Assembly: GCA_951406725.2 (NCBI GenBank)
Contig: OX597821.1
Coordinates: forward strand, 50,964,001-51,028,000
Direction of reading: 5' to 3'
DNA length: 64,000 bases
DNA from: Octopus vulgaris
Taxonomy: Eukaryota
Within the stretch, counting starts at the first letter, position 1. The number at the start of each line of letters is the position of its first letter. Shown in pieces: positions 39,762 to 55,077 of the stretch. The notes under the pieces are model-generated. The model was not told where the DNA came from. It did no database searches and saw only the letters and a program-made list of their open reading frames with translations. The position numbers and the translations under genes are program-made.

Positions 39762-39846
39762 TTTAATCTAAAATTAAAAAGAGTAAGTCCAAAGAAGGGA
39801 AACCGGAGAAAGAAAATCGCCAACGATACACATGCGGTCACATATA

Positions 39847-39904
<58 letters not shown>

Positions 39905-40127
39905 TATAGGCATATGTGTGTATATATATATATATACATGTATATATATATATATACATGTATATATATATATGGTAAAAAAGTTTGCTTCCAACCACAC
40001 GGTTCCGGTTGTGTGGCACTTTGGGCAAGTGTCTTCAGCTATAATCTCGAGTTGCCCAAAACCTTGTGAGTGGATGTGGTAGAAAGATTTGATTAAATCC
40101 CACCTGCCTGGCACATGAAGCCTTGTA

Positions 40128-40963
40128 CAGGGTGCGGCGAATAAACTGTCGTCTAAATCACGCAAAAATGAAGATTACACTGACAACTCATTTTAATAGA
40201 TATATCTACCAAAATTACATAAAAATATCTTGCAATACTAAAGATTAAATATATTCAATAAAATCGCCATTGGTTTCAATATGGCCTTCAGACGACTTCG
40301 GAATCTCTGGACGGTCTCCTTGTTTAAGTTGGTGTATGTTGTCATAATCCTTGCCTTCGGTTCATCTTTGGTGTTATGTTTTCTTGGTCTCTCGCTCAAC
40401 TGTGCCCCGTACATAATAATCAAGTGTGTTGCAGTCTGGGGATTTAGATGGCCAGATGTGGTCGCAGAAATTGTGTGACAGCCATGACTAGGTTCTCCTG
40501 CTTGTGTGGCATAGTACAGATACCTGTTGCTAGACATAGGGTTTTCCAGCAGCCACCCTCTTGACGCAGGGCTGCACTACCTCCTCCAGGAATTTAATGT
40601 AGGCCTCCGTGTTGAATCTGAGGCTGTGTGGGGAAATGAATGGAGGCATAACGTCGCCGTCCCTAGTGATCCAAACACTATGTTGTTGACTGGATGTTTG
40701 ATTTTCATCACTCTCGGTACATGTCCTCAGATTGATACCTAAACACTATGAAATGTTCATATTGGAGATTCCGGCGCAAAATGTCAAGCACAACAGCATG
40801 TCGTTCTAAGTTTCTGGCAGAGTGAATTGCATCATGGTGTTTTTCGCACAGGCGGTGCCCAACTGACCCTACTATATTGTGTATTCGACATAATCAAAAA
40901 CAAATAATAAGCATCCGCAAAAATAAACATATAAAATGGCGATAATTCACCCATCGCACTCTG
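40128..40963 (-). mobile_element. Tc1/mariner superfamily (maT/DD37D-like) internally deleted element
   Basis: Ends TA-CAGGGTGCG / CGCACTCTG; C-terminal NTKDEPKARIMTTYTNLNKETVQRFRSRLKAI. Confidence 0.8.
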
Positions 40964-42941
40964 AATACTTCTGACTCCTAACCGTCTTAAGCATGGCTAT
41001 GTAGTTAACTGTGACACCTCTTGGAAGAATGTCTTCTACCTTAGTTTCGGCAGAGCTAAATCCTTCTATGCGAAATTTGATAGAAAATAAGAGTTTGATG
41101 TCAAACAGGTAGCCGTTCCTCGAGTTAGGTTCTAAGACTTGACACTTTACCCAGCTTGACTTACGAAGCTTCTCCATGGGTACATTCAATAGAGTCCACT
41201 CAACAGTAGGCATTTGAACTAGGATTTGTGTCTGAGAATTACTTCCGTATTTTTCTCGTCATTCTTAGAGCCTCAGAAAACGGTCATGAGGTTTGACTTT
41301 CCTTCTCTGACAAAACCATCAGTAACGGATTACACGATGGGAAACGAAGCCATTCTTTCTTCTAAGCTTTTTACTCTGGAAATACCTTAAGTGTGTAGTT
41401 TAGTCATAAGAGTTCTTATTAAAAAATCCGAAAACAATTAATTCCTTGCATTGTACCAGAAATTATTGTCATGGTTCCCATGTATTCTGTGTAATTGCTA
41501 GGAAAACAAGTTTTCTACCCCCCCTCCGAAAAAAATCATGCAGAGTTTGTCCACAAATCTCTTTGGATAGGAGGAAGTAAGATCGAATATATTCCATGAA
41601 TTAAGAATGGGTGGGAATGGATCTTGAGGTAGGCTGTAATTCCTGTTGACAAAACTTTTCGTTTGGATATCAAAGGTTTTATTATTGCCAATTCAACGCA
41701 GATTTCATTTTCAGTAACTTTTCTACGGCATTTATTGACTGCCAGCTATGGAAACACTTCCATCCATCCATCCATCAATCTATCACCCCTCCCTCTCTTC
41801 ATCCATTCATCCATCGATCCATGCATACACATACATGTGTAGACGTACACGTATATTTATATGTAGATATATATTATAATATATATATATGTATATATAT
41901 GTATATATATATATATATATGTATATATGGCTGGATGGCTGGATGTATAAATATATATATATTATATATGTGTATTTGAGTGTATATATATATATACACA
42001 CAAATATAATAGTATATTTGTAATGAACAGTACGTATATACGTAACATATGTACTCACATTTATAATAACGTGTTATATTGTTTGAGAGGTATGGCCTTA
42101 TGTTAGAATTGAATATAGCCTTTCCAGCATTTCGGGGAAATTGATTTTCACGCAGAACAAAAATACGGATCGCAAAGTTGATGAAATGTTCGCATAAATT
42201 CTGTTGTATAATATAAACAAGATATTTTGCAGTAGATATTTCGCTCCCAGATGATATGTGTAGAAAATATGAATACATCATGAAATATAAATATAATACT
42301 CACAGAAAATAAATCATACATATTTTGGTTGAATAGATAGAACGCGGGACAAACTTTCTGGGTAAGTTTTGAGTATACTGTTTTATATTATGTCTGGTCC
42401 CTTATTTGAAATATACGTTTTAACTAATATTTGAATGAAAACTTTGTCTCTGAAAAAGAACTTGGTGATTCTCTTTAAAATAAAATTATAACAATGCATT
42501 ACAGGACCAATTATCCAGCAAGCTTGGGACCGGAAGTAACCCGGATTTCTGGATTTTACGGTTTTCTGAACACTGTTTTAATATATATTTAAAATATAGA
42601 ATAAAAAACGAAGAAAGAGAAGAGATTCGAATTAATATACTTTTAAAGCAGGTTCTATTCAATATTCATTAACCCACTTAAAACTTTAAGCGAAGGAAAA
42701 GTAAATAATATGGTTTTATTTAACAGGCACAGGTACAAATTAACACATTTCTAAAGCAGAATATGTTTAATCTCTATTAATGGACTTGAAAAGGTAAAGG
42801 ACGAAACTATCTTAATCATATTGTATGCAAATTAACCAATTTCAAAATCAGGGTCTGTTCGATTAATACTGTATATTGCATTATAGTGTATATAGATATA
42901 ATAGAGAAATTTGTTTTGCACACTGTTGCAGTTTTCATTTA

Positions 42942-43745
42942 CGATGGTCGGCTGAAAAGTCCATAGGCTGATCAAGCTACTCCCATCGAATGTGACAAAA
43001 TGAGGTTTATTTTTCGACATAGTCCTCATTACAGTCCATACACTGCTTCCATCAGTGTTGCAATGCTTGGGTCCCATTGGTGAAGAAGCTTTCATCTAGT
43101 TGGTCAAGAAAATCAGTCATCAACAGCCAAATGGAGGCGCAATGGCTCAGTGGTTAGGGTAGCGGGTTCGCGGTCGTAAGAACGTGATTTCGATTCCCAG
43201 ACTGGGCATTGTGAATGTTTATTGAGCAAAAGCACTTAAACTCCACGAGGCTCCGACGGGGTGGGGGTGGTGAACCCTGCTGTACTCTTTCTCTCGCTCT
43301 TTCTTCCTACTTCTACCCCAAAGCAGAGGAACCATGGTGTAACCCACTATGGTGTGGTAAACTTTCAGACCATAGTCTAGATTGCGAATCCTCTGTACCC
43401 CAGGATGGTTCAGCTCTCCACCCGTTAAAAGCAACCGTTTACGGAATGAGGATAATAACGTAGCTTTCTCGCCCGTGCAACCGCCAGTGTGGTGGGTGGA
43501 TCTTCAAGTTGCCACACGCATTCATAGAAGCTTAGAGTAGGCTCGAATTAGAGACTATTCTTTGTGGCTAATGGCGTGAGTCTTGACTAGAAGAAGAAGT
43601 AGTAGTAGTCAACAGCCGACATAAATGGTTCCCAGCGTATGGGCTCAAATGATAGTCAAATAAGGCCAAATCAAGAGAATAAGGGAAGCTGATCAACCAG
43701 TTCAAAACCACAGTCACGCACTACATCTATTGAAACGAATGGCTT
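42942..43745 (-). mobile_element. Mariner 3' end fragment interrupted by a SINE
   Basis: TA-CGATGGTCGGCTGAAAAGT terminus homologous to 5320; resumes after 43609. Confidence 0.75.
43131..43608 (+). mobile_element. tRNA-derived SINE family D with (GAA/GTA)n tail
   Basis: A box TGGCTCAGTGG, B box TTCGATTCCC, TSD TCAACAGCC at 43120-43128 and 43609-43617. Confidence 0.85.
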
Positions 43746-45958
43746 GTAGGGTGTCTAGAACCACAATTTGCAATGTTCCCTGATGTTAGAATGAATGTCC
43801 TCGGAAGCAAAAACCTTTTTCTACAGGTACTTGATAACAGCACGATGTCAAATTCTGTCCATTTTCAAGTGTAAACTTTATTAGTTACATTTGAAGTCTT
43901 TTTTTTATCTGGAAAACAACAATGCTTCTATTAATAAAGAGATGAGAGATTAATGCATGTCAGATTTTACAGTTTTAGCATCCCTTCTTCATAGACAACC
44001 TATGATCTTTTCCACCCACCCTCACAGTTTACTCTGATGGAGAACATCAATAATTCAATGACTATCCTACCTTTTAATCAAATGTAGGGTGTCTAGAACC
44101 ACAGTTTGCAATGCACACTCCTTTACTTCACAACCTGATTTAGTAATCTGCAGTGAATTAGACAACTATCTCTAGCAAGTTAAGCAAATCCGTATAAGCT
44201 TATCAATTTAGTTCACTTTGCACATTGCAGAAAGATGTAATGGATAAGTTCCATTCTATAGTTATCGTCAATGACGAACATCCGACTCTAATTGAACCAA
44301 ACCTTGATTACTAACCTACTTGAATATCGAAAAATCTTATTTAGTTTCAGCTTGGACGGAGTTAAATCTTCTAATTTCAAGATGTTTATTGATTTCACGA
44401 TGTAATATAACATTGTGTTTATACGGCGACAGTAATATAATTTCAATATAATTGTATGAATCATTTTCAGTGAGAAGTGTTTTCGGGAAGTCTTTAAGAA
44501 CTATCACACTCATGTGACATAGGTTACGTACAGAATGTAAAATACAATAACAGAACATAGAATACCGGATTCGGAGTGTGTTAACTTGTGATGCAGACGA
44601 CGTGTTCTGTGAAAGAGCTCTGGTACGCATGAATCACAGAATCAATTGTTGCCATATTTCAGCAGGAATTGTTATGATTTACATTCGGTCGCAAATTCAT
44701 TCTATAAAGCAGGATTTCTGCAGATACTTTACTTTCATCACACATCTCAGTGATTTACTGATAATCATTAGTGATTTCATTTGGTAAACTCACGCATTTC
44801 AGGCATATTTGTCCACGAATAATAGAAAAAAAATCATAAATCTCCTAAAAAGATTACATTGCCAATACATATCAGCGTGAAGATTACCCACTGTAGGAAG
44901 AGGTTGAAAACAGGAGATAATAATACCGAGATTGTTGAAATATTCATTTCTATCAGGTATAAATACCTGGAAATTGAGATACAGAAGCAGAACAAATAGT
45001 GACAGATTCCAGCTTAGCAGAGAAGGGTTGTTATTTTACATAGGAAAATCGAATGTATGAACAGTTGCTTGCGTAGGGTTATTTCATCATACAATTGTAA
45101 CGTTTGCGTGTGCACGTGCTTGCGTATTTGTGTGTGATCAAGTGTGCACAAATAAGAGAGAGAGATTGGGAGAGAGAGCAAGAGAGATTGAGAGAGAGAC
45201 AGAGAGAGAGAGAGAGCGACAGAGAAAAAAGAGGGAGAGAGCGACAGAGAAAAAAGAGGGAGAGAGAATATGGGAGACAGAGAACACAGAAGATAAAAGA
45301 AGGCATTTTAAAATTCTTTGAAAAATATAAATCTTTTAGAATTTAATTATCAAAAACTATTCCCTTTCCTTAGAAAGAAACGTTTTAATTTTATTCGAAA
45401 TTTAACTCCATCTAAGGATTCTATCCACAATTTTGTGCGTGTCTTTGATGGATATAAATTAAATTAATATTACGGATCTGAAACTTTGAATTTAGTTATC
45501 TTAATTCTTTTTCTATTTTGAAAGATTTTAGTCATTCACACCACGACCAATGCTTGGTCTGCTGTTTCTTGATTGAGTTCGCTAGAGATGCATTTCAGAA
45601 TTGGTTCTGAAGTTAAACGAACGTAATTTGAGAAGAACTATAGCAGACAGGGCAATTTTGGCTCCTGGCAGCCAGTTTCTTCGATTATCCAATAATTTGT
45701 AGATTGTATATTCGAGAACAGAATAAAAGAAAAAGTGATTTAATCAAATTCTTTAATATCACAACAAAGATGATTTAATGATGAGGTGTTTAAATAAATC
45801 TTCTCTTTTGTTCTGTTCTGGGATTCTCTAAATGTATACAAGACCTAGAGGACATTATGTCCAATACTTCATTGGCAGTTGGATATACGGAGATTTCCAT
45901 GAAGTTGTAGGCATATCTAACATATCTACAACATACATACGTAAATAGATAGACAGAC

Positions 45959-46019
<61 letters not shown>

Positions 46020-46020
<1 letters not shown>

Positions 46021-46220
46021 GTTTCTTTATTGGCCACACGGGGCTGCACACAGATAGGACAAGTTACAAGGTAGAGCTTTTCTTTTGGGGGCTGAAAAAA
46101 ACAAAAAAACAAAAGAAACAAAAAAAGGGGTGGCATAGGTTTTCGATCAAGAGGGATCGTAAAAGGGAAGAAAAGAACAAAAAAAAAAAAATAAAAATAA
46201 AAATAAAAAAATAAAAAAAG

Positions 46221-46222
<2 letters not shown>
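46020..46222 (-). mobile_element. Retroelement 3' end inserted in (GATA)n
   Basis: Minus strand ends CAGCCCCGTGTGGCCAATAAAGAAAC; (GATA)n on both sides. Confidence 0.6.
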
Positions 46223-46251
<29 letters not shown>

Positions 46252-47581
46252 GTAGGTAGACAGACAGACAGGTAGGTAGCATGTGTCGCAGCCGTCTGAC
46301 GAATAAAACAGGTAAAAGAAATAAAAGAAATAAAACTGATTTGTATTTTAGTTTGTGACATTATCTAATTGCTCAAACTCTCATCCTTACCAGTCCATAC
46401 ATGTTTGCGATCGATGAAGATTAGGTATAAAATGAGGATCATAATAAATAAATAGCACTGTATAACATAATTATTGTCCTTGGATGGCAACTGTTATTTC
46501 CTATTTGCTTACCCCTAAAGAGTATGAAAAATGGCTAATATTTCCTTCAAAATTTGCTTTTATAAAATTTATTCAAATCTCGAAGAATCATCCTTCTCAA
46601 AATAAGTGTAAGATATTCCCCCATTGCTGCTGCTCATGATCAGAGATGCACATATGGTCAGTCATTAAAATATATGTTCAAGTGGTTGAGATGAAGCAAT
46701 AGATAAATAAATATGAGGTGTTGAGCAGAATACTGGCTGTAACGATATTTCTGTTTCGGTAACTCATTACTGAATATGTCTGAATTGTAATAGAAAATAG
46801 GTCAGTTTGAGATCATTGATGTCCAGTTCAAAAAAGCAAAGTCTGAAGAGAATAGAAGTCATCTCCTTTGATTTCTAGAGAGAAGCAAATAGAAAATTAC
46901 TCTTACTGATCAAAGATAAAAACAAGCAAACAAAAAACAATAGAATAAAACAACAAAATAATTTTCGTTACACAGTGAAATAATTAATACTCATTGGTCA
47001 TTCAATTTTACCATCATCAGGAAAGGCGTCCATTGTATAAAGATCTGATACGAAGTGTGCGTATTGGCGCACGAATACGCACACATCGAAAAGAATATAT
47101 TTCTCAAAATCTTATAAGGAAACATGTAATGAGAAGAAATCCCTGTACTTGCCGAAGTATCTGGAAATGTTCTTTTGGGACGTTTTCGAACGGAAATTGG
47201 ATCTAAATATAATTTTCAATGATTTAGATTGTATACATTTTTTGGAAGAAGAATAAATAATTCATAAATAAAGTATGTATTTTCAATTTTAAAATAAATT
47301 ACTTGCATCAAAAGTATGTTTTTAGATTTCTATGATTTTTTTGTTGTTGATAAGGAAGCAAGGTTGCAATATAGTATTGACTGTACTATGAAAGCAGCCA
47401 AATAAATTGTATTTATATTTGTGTAGGTACGTACTTATGTATGTATGTATGTATGTATATAACTATGTACGTATGTATGTGCGCATATACATATACATAT
47501 ACATAGAATAAATGACTATCTGTAAATATATGTGTGTATACGCAGTAAAATATAATTTCATGGATATTTTATAAAAACGAA

Positions 47582-48130
<549 letters not shown>

Positions 48131-48415
48131 GTATTTATCTATTTAAATTGTAAAATGAAGAAAAGAGTATATAGACACTCATGCACTCACACACATTCAC
48201 AGACTTACATATGGCAAACCAAAGAAATTATCTGAACGTATAGAATTCAACATCAGTAAATAGTTTTCTACGTGTTGATCAAATATAATACATACATATG
48301 TACATACATAAATACATAGACACATATGTACATACATACATACATACATACATCGGAAAAACTCAATCGTCACGAATTATGACTGACGGTACAGTGTAGC
48401 ATCTACATATGTATC

Positions 48416-48587
48416 GGAGACCCCCTTCGGTCACGAATGATCATGGGATTACACTCGAAAGTTACCCTCCGAGCCACAAGTCCGGGCAAGATTGTTTATG
48501 GAAGACCAGCAGTCGTCCATGCATACCAGCGTCCCTCTCCACGCCACCGATGTTACCCAAGGGAAAAGCAAAGGCCGATACAGCTTG
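48416..48587 (-). mobile_element. SINE family C, 3' fragment
   Basis: Reverse complement of about 12445-12620. Confidence 0.85.
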
Positions 48588-49949
48588 AATACTCGGTTTC
48601 ATGGAAAAAGCGTGTAGGAAACTGACGCAAATTTTCCAAATCTAAGCTATTATGAGTACAGTGAAGATTTGCAAGACATTCCAAAAATTCTCCAGAGAGA
48701 TTCTTATGTGAATAGGTGCACACACTTAGGTGTATGCATTAACAGTTCAACCAACACACCAAGTCAACCCACATATTTAAAAACACTGGGGACTCTCTTA
48801 ACTGAAAAAGTCATATTGTCTGTTTTTGCGACCGACTTCAACTCTCTCAAGTGCTTAAATTACACTGAAAGAAAACACATATATACATACAAACACACAC
48901 GCACGCACACACACACACATACACAAACACACACGCGTATATCTATATATCTATACACACACACACTCATATATGTATGTGTGTGCATAAATATTAATAC
49001 ATAGGTATACATAATATTTATTTAGAGATGCGGCTATTTCCAGTTTCGCTAGTATCTTTGCTAATCCTGCTCCACTTCTGTATCGCACACTTTTTTTTTC
49101 TTATTTGAAAACTTAAACTCACACACATTTACACACATGCTCACACATGCTCACACATAAACGCGTACATATTATAATGAAATCGTTAAAATCCTTTATA
49201 CACTAAATAAATGGTGATATGCGCGGTTGTTATTTACACAATTTCTGATTGTCAAATTATAACAAGACACCTTAAAGCAAATTCTATTGAATCGATAGAT
49301 ACTTGATTTTTTTATCACATTGACAAAGAAATCTAGAAAAATCTTATAATTAATGTTTCTCGCCAGTCGGTGGAAATATCTCGGAGCGCCCAATTTAACT
49401 CTGTCCTTAGCTATAATTACTTTTTTACATACACTTATTTTTGTTGAAAAACTACTTAATCTAAATATTTGTTTATATTTCTTGCATGGTTTAAACAACG
49501 AAATATTTATATATGAACTGAATTTTGCAATTCATTATATTAAAAGCGTCTTTTCACGCACACACACACACACACACGGAATTGAGATATAGCTTCCATT
49601 CCACACATTTATCCATGAGGTTACGTCTCATATACATAAAGTTTGTGATAGTTGACTTATTAAGCATCAACACGTGAACATCAAGTGTCTGGGTGTGTGT
49701 ATCGGGGCCAAGAATTACCTCCATGCTTGAAATGGGTGACTGTTAGTCTTCTTGTGTGTGGGTAGCTTTCCTTCGCAAAAGATTGTTGTGACTACAGAGC
49801 GCAGGAAAAGTACTTGAAATATGGGTACGTGCTACGGAAAAGGAATCAGTATAGTATGTTGCAATAACATAGAGTTGAATTTATCTAGCTTACCTGTCCG
49901 TGTTCTCTTCTGAGAAACGTATGAAGAGGCTAGAGTAAGAAGACAAGCT

Positions 49950-50900
49950 GGTTAACTGGACTACTGTTCGATTATGCGAGAGGCAGAAGTGTTATCCAAC
50001 GCTTTAAGTTAGATTTCTTGGTATGTGGGCAAGATGTTTTATGGTGTATATCGGAATACTTAATAACTTTAGATTTTGCTTGTGCAAAAGCTGCACTCTG
50101 CTGCCTCCCTCAGTTTGTTTCCTTGCCATTTCCCGAATGTGCAATTTTAGTGTGGTATTGTCCGCTCCACGATCATTTAGGTCACAAGCTTTGAAAACAA
50201 GTTTGAGTAGTGTTTCTATAAATGCTTTAACGAGTAAATGTGCTGTGTATTATAAGTCATAGAATCGGTTGTCGACTAAGATGCCTTGATAGTATCGCCT
50301 TTCATACTGTGATATACAACTTGTGGGTTTCAGGGTAACTTTCGGTATATCATTTTTGGTTCATGTAATATTATGCTATGACGAAGTCTTTCACTTACCG
50401 CCCGTAGACCGTGTTTGATGGTGATAAATATTTCTGTGAGTGTTTTTCGACAGCATTTCTTTTTCAATGCATTTCTTATTCAGCGGATTGTTAGTTGCTT
50501 TTCTGAAATTACATCCACGTTCTGATGAACGTTTATTGCTCTCCGTATTTATTTGACGAGGTTCTATGAATGGCTATGCTTCGGAAGCTAAACTGCAACC
50601 CATCTTACATAACCAGGACATTGTTTCTGTATATCTATTCCATGAATAATTCTACGGCCCAGTTTCTACCAAAAATTCGTTTCTTGTCTTTGCCCTTAAT
50701 ATAACAAATCGATTCACATCCTTTCACGTCAAATCACTGTTGTTACCTCCACTAAAAAGGGTCTCTGTACTTGAAAATCTGTCTTGTGGAATTCTCTTCC
50801 TTGTTTCTCAGAAAAATTCGTTCCCTGTTCTTTTAAATCTCATGCTAAACAGTTTAATATTCTTAGGCCAGCTTCTAAGATTCTTCTCTGACTTTTCAAC
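49950..50900 (-). mobile_element. Possible highly decayed L1/Tx1-type LINE C-terminus
   Basis: Fragments QYHTKIAH, ECSFCT, SNLKRWI are reminiscent of the zf-RVT region; weak. Confidence 0.3.
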
Positions 50901-51937
50901 ATTCTAGGTGGTTATTTTGAGATCTGTCTCAATGGTGGGTGCTTGCTGCCGTTTGGAAGTGATTTTCAATGAAGAAAAAAACCAAAAAAAATTTTCATCC
51001 AAAATCCTATCTCACAACACCACCACAACTGCACTAAAAAATCAAGACAAACCCGCACTTCCAGACAAAACTCTCACTCTCTCTCTCTCTCACTCTCTCT
51101 CCCTATCTCCATACATACAGAGACAAACACATGCACACATCAATGAAGAAACATACATGCATTCAGTTTTCATATATAATCACAGAACAAGAAGTGTGCA
51201 CATGCGCGCGCACACAAAGACACACACACAGCGCACACAAAGACACACACACAGCGCACACATATACCCACATTCATGCCACAGGCTGATACACATGCCG
51301 CTACACAACAGAAGAGTACTCCGCAATATACACGCACAACAGTCCATCAAAAGATATAGAAACACACACACGATAAACAACCGCATACACACACAATCAC
51401 ACTACGTTTCTTTATTGTTTGAGACTCGCAGTAGGAAGTGTTTGTCCTTTGTAACGTTTTAAGATCTTTTGTTTATCTCTTTTTATCTGTTTCCTCTCGT
51501 GTCGTTTTATTCGTTGATGTAGAACGTGCGTCCGAAACGCTACAACTGTTCTATTTTCTATCATTCTGAGCATTCACAAATAACAAAGAATATATTTAAT
51601 TCCGTTTTGATGCATACTTACATACATATATTCATACACATTTATGCATATATACAGTGTGTATACGCATATATGTATCCATGTGTGTGTGTGTGTATGT
51701 GTGTGTGCATAAATATATCGATACATATAACCTTAAATATGCATATGTTTATATGTGTGTGTGTATATATATCTGTAATATAATAAGTGACAATTATTCA
51801 GTTGCCATAAAAATTGTCACATTATATTACAGATAAATTCCTCTATTTACATAATATCGAGGTCTCAATTATTCTTTTGCTGTCATACCATTACCATTAA
51901 TATATATATACATACACACACATGCACACACACACAG

Positions 51938-51975
<38 letters not shown>

Positions 51976-52379
51976 GTGTTTGAAATACCATATATAATAA
52001 ATTCTTAAAATTATCTCCGTCTCGAGGACGTATCATAATTGCCAAATGGCAACTGAGTCTAGTTCCTATTGTGAATCTTAATATTCAAGAATTTCTCCAA
52101 AAGTAAATGCCATTAAGGAATGCCAAACATCAGGTTTATTGCCTGGTGAGAAGAGGACCGTTGTGGATATGTCTAATTCGTTCAATGACTTCCATCACTA
52201 TGGCAATTGATCGACTTTAACTTCAGCAGCTGAAGGACCTTATCTTATGCATAAAGATAGAAAACCTTTATGCCTTAAATAAACCGCATATTTTAAAATA
52301 TATTGAGCTAAGAGAAAGAACACAAAGTATCCATTAAGATATATTTGAATAATATACATGTGTACAGGTATTATTAAGA

Positions 52380-52978
52380 TTACCAAAATAGATCCATTTT
52401 TCGCCCAAACTGGGTATCATGTGGATTTATCATCAGTTGTAGGTAAATGTTCACACGTCGTTGTGCCTGGTCATTGGTCAGTTCGTGACGAAACTTTTGA
52501 CAGCGTCTGTTCAAAGGGCTGATGATAATTTGTGAAGGATCAAGTTTTGCCGACAATGTACATGTGCTTGTGCTTGGATGTTGTTCCACTATTTGAAGCA
52601 AGGTCTAATAGTCCACAACAGAAGATCTTGACTTCGGTCTGTCTTCGAGTCTGGAGTCACTTTCCTTGAAACGTTTGCACCAGTTGTGCGCCACACGTTC
52701 GTTGACAGTTCTTAGGACTTCTACGTCATTAATTTCTTTTGCCGCGGCACTTTCACTCACTCCTTTTTTCCCATAAGTTGTGTGAAATGGATGAAATTGC
52801 AATTTTTCCACCATTCATTATGACTGCTATAAAATAAAGAATGAACAATTGATGTTTAAATGTCATATATGAAAAAAAAAAAGAATAAGTGATAGAGCAA
52901 CGATTAGACAACAACTTGTATCAAATTAATGATTTTGACAAGTTGCCAAAAATCATCAAGGAATTTACCCCACCTCAA
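52380..52978 (-). mobile_element. Decayed mariner, 5' part
   Basis: AAAKEINDVEVLRTVNERVAHNWCKRFKESDSRLEDRPKS (mariner HTH), HELTNDQAQRRV. Confidence 0.85.
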
Positions 52979-53162
52979 AAAAAATTTACCTTATTCTAGA
53001 GTATATATGATTATACATGTATATATACATACAAACACACACATATGCACATTTGTGTATATTGACATATGCACATATATATGCATCTATTTATATATGC
53101 ATAGGCATTTAAAGACACATGCAAGCAAATCTACAGAAACACAAATGGTATATATGCATAAA

Positions 53163-53393
53163 GGCGGCGAGCTGGCAGAAACGTTAGCGCGCCGGACGAA
53201 ATGCTGAGCGGTATTTCGTCTGCCGCTACGTTCTGAGTTCAAATTCCGTCGAGGTCGACTTTGCCTTTCATCCTTTCGGGGTCGATAAATTAAGTACCAG
53301 TTACGCACTGGGGTCGATGTAATCGACTTAATCCGTGTGTCTGTCCTTGTTTGTCCCCTCTATGTTTAGCCCCTTGTGGGTAATAAAGAAATA
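53163..53393 (+). mobile_element. SINE family B, full length with TSD
   Basis: 13-bp TSD GGTATATATGCAT at 53147-53159 and 53394-53406. Confidence 0.92.
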
Positions 53394-53890
53394 GGTATAT
53401 ATGCATTTCACTGAACGTTAAATAATCAGTGAATAAAAAAATGAATTAAGCGAGGCATTAATGAGTTATCATTATATCCAAATTTCCCTGTAGTTTTAAT
53501 TATTAAGAATATATATTAATGATGAATTATATTTATATATTATGTATACATGATATGCTTTCCAGTAAAAACTGTTTTTCACCTGCAAGCGCATTAATTT
53601 CTATATATCGTCTGAAAATTCACATTTCTAATTGACATTATTTAAATGTTACTGCAACCAATCTCAGCTGCCTGCCTCCACTATATCCCCGAGAACATAT
53701 TTCAATGACCAAAGGAATAAAAAGAGGTGAAAAGAAAACCTATTAAGCATAGTTAATTGGTGGTTCTACGGTGCGATATCGGTCTGATGTACTGTAACTT
53801 CAGTGGATATCAGTTGATAAAATAAATTCGTATTGTGCTAGTTGTTAGTTGTTATTCCCATCACTAACAACAATATATATTTTGATATTT

Positions 53891-54080
53891 TATCTTTTAC
53901 TTGTTTCAGTCATTTTTGACTGCAGTCATACGGGGGCATTGCCTTGGAGGATTTTGCTTGAACAAATCGCCCCCAGGACTTAATTTTGAAACCTGATACT
54001 TAGTCTGTCGTAGTCTTATGCCAGTTGTCGAGCGGTGGTGGGGAACAAACACAGGCAAGAAGACACGTACGCATATACGT

Positions 54081-54149
<69 letters not shown>

Positions 54150-54223
54150 CATATCTATATCTATATATATATATATACATATATACATACATACATATAT
54201 ATATACATACATACATACATACA

Positions 54224-54259
<36 letters not shown>

Positions 54260-54420
54260 TATGTAGAACGGACTTCTGTAAGTTTACATCTATGAAATCC
54301 ACTTACAGGGCTTTCTTCGGCTCAAGGATATAGTAGATGCCCAAGGTGCTACACAGTGGAATTGAACTCAGGACTATGTGGTTGAGAAACAAGCTTCTTA
54401 CCACACGGTCACCCCTGCGA
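53891..54420 (-). mobile_element. SINE family A, diverged, with expanded internal microsatellite
   Basis: Tail and head blocks colinear with family A. Confidence 0.75.
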
Positions 54421-54440
54421 TATTTTATACATATGTATAC

Positions 54441-54511
<71 letters not shown>

Positions 54512-55045
54512 TGTATACATATACACACATATATATATAGACACACACATATATATAAATTCAAAGATATAATGAACAAACACTCCAATCCGTCAAAACA
54601 AGTATATATCATTCCCAAATTATCAAAAATCGAATATAAATATATATTAAAACAATAGGGCACCCAATTGTAAAATCCAACAGTACAAAATATACAGATA
54701 TACACGAATAAAAGGTGATAAATCCTAAAAGATTAATACGAATGAAGTCGAATGAACAGAAATATATGGAATAAATTAATGCATAATAAAGATGACTAAA
54801 ATGTTAAGGCTATGGAAATAAAACAATATAAACATATAAAAATACAAGAATATAAATATAAAAAACAAAGTGTATAAGAGTTTATACAAAGAGAGGAGAC
54901 CACCATGTGAATTCCTTACATGCTGGAAAGGGCAACCAAAACCAAAATCACGAAAGAGATATTCTTACATTGTACGTTGCCTGTAGGACCCTCAATGAAT
55001 AAAAATCTCAGTTAACCCTACAACCATGAGTTTCACCTATATACC

Positions 55046-55077
<32 letters not shown>

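Noticed and set aside
41030-41700. Possible decayed LINE endonuclease on the minus strand
   Set aside because: Motif resemblance too faint to support by eye
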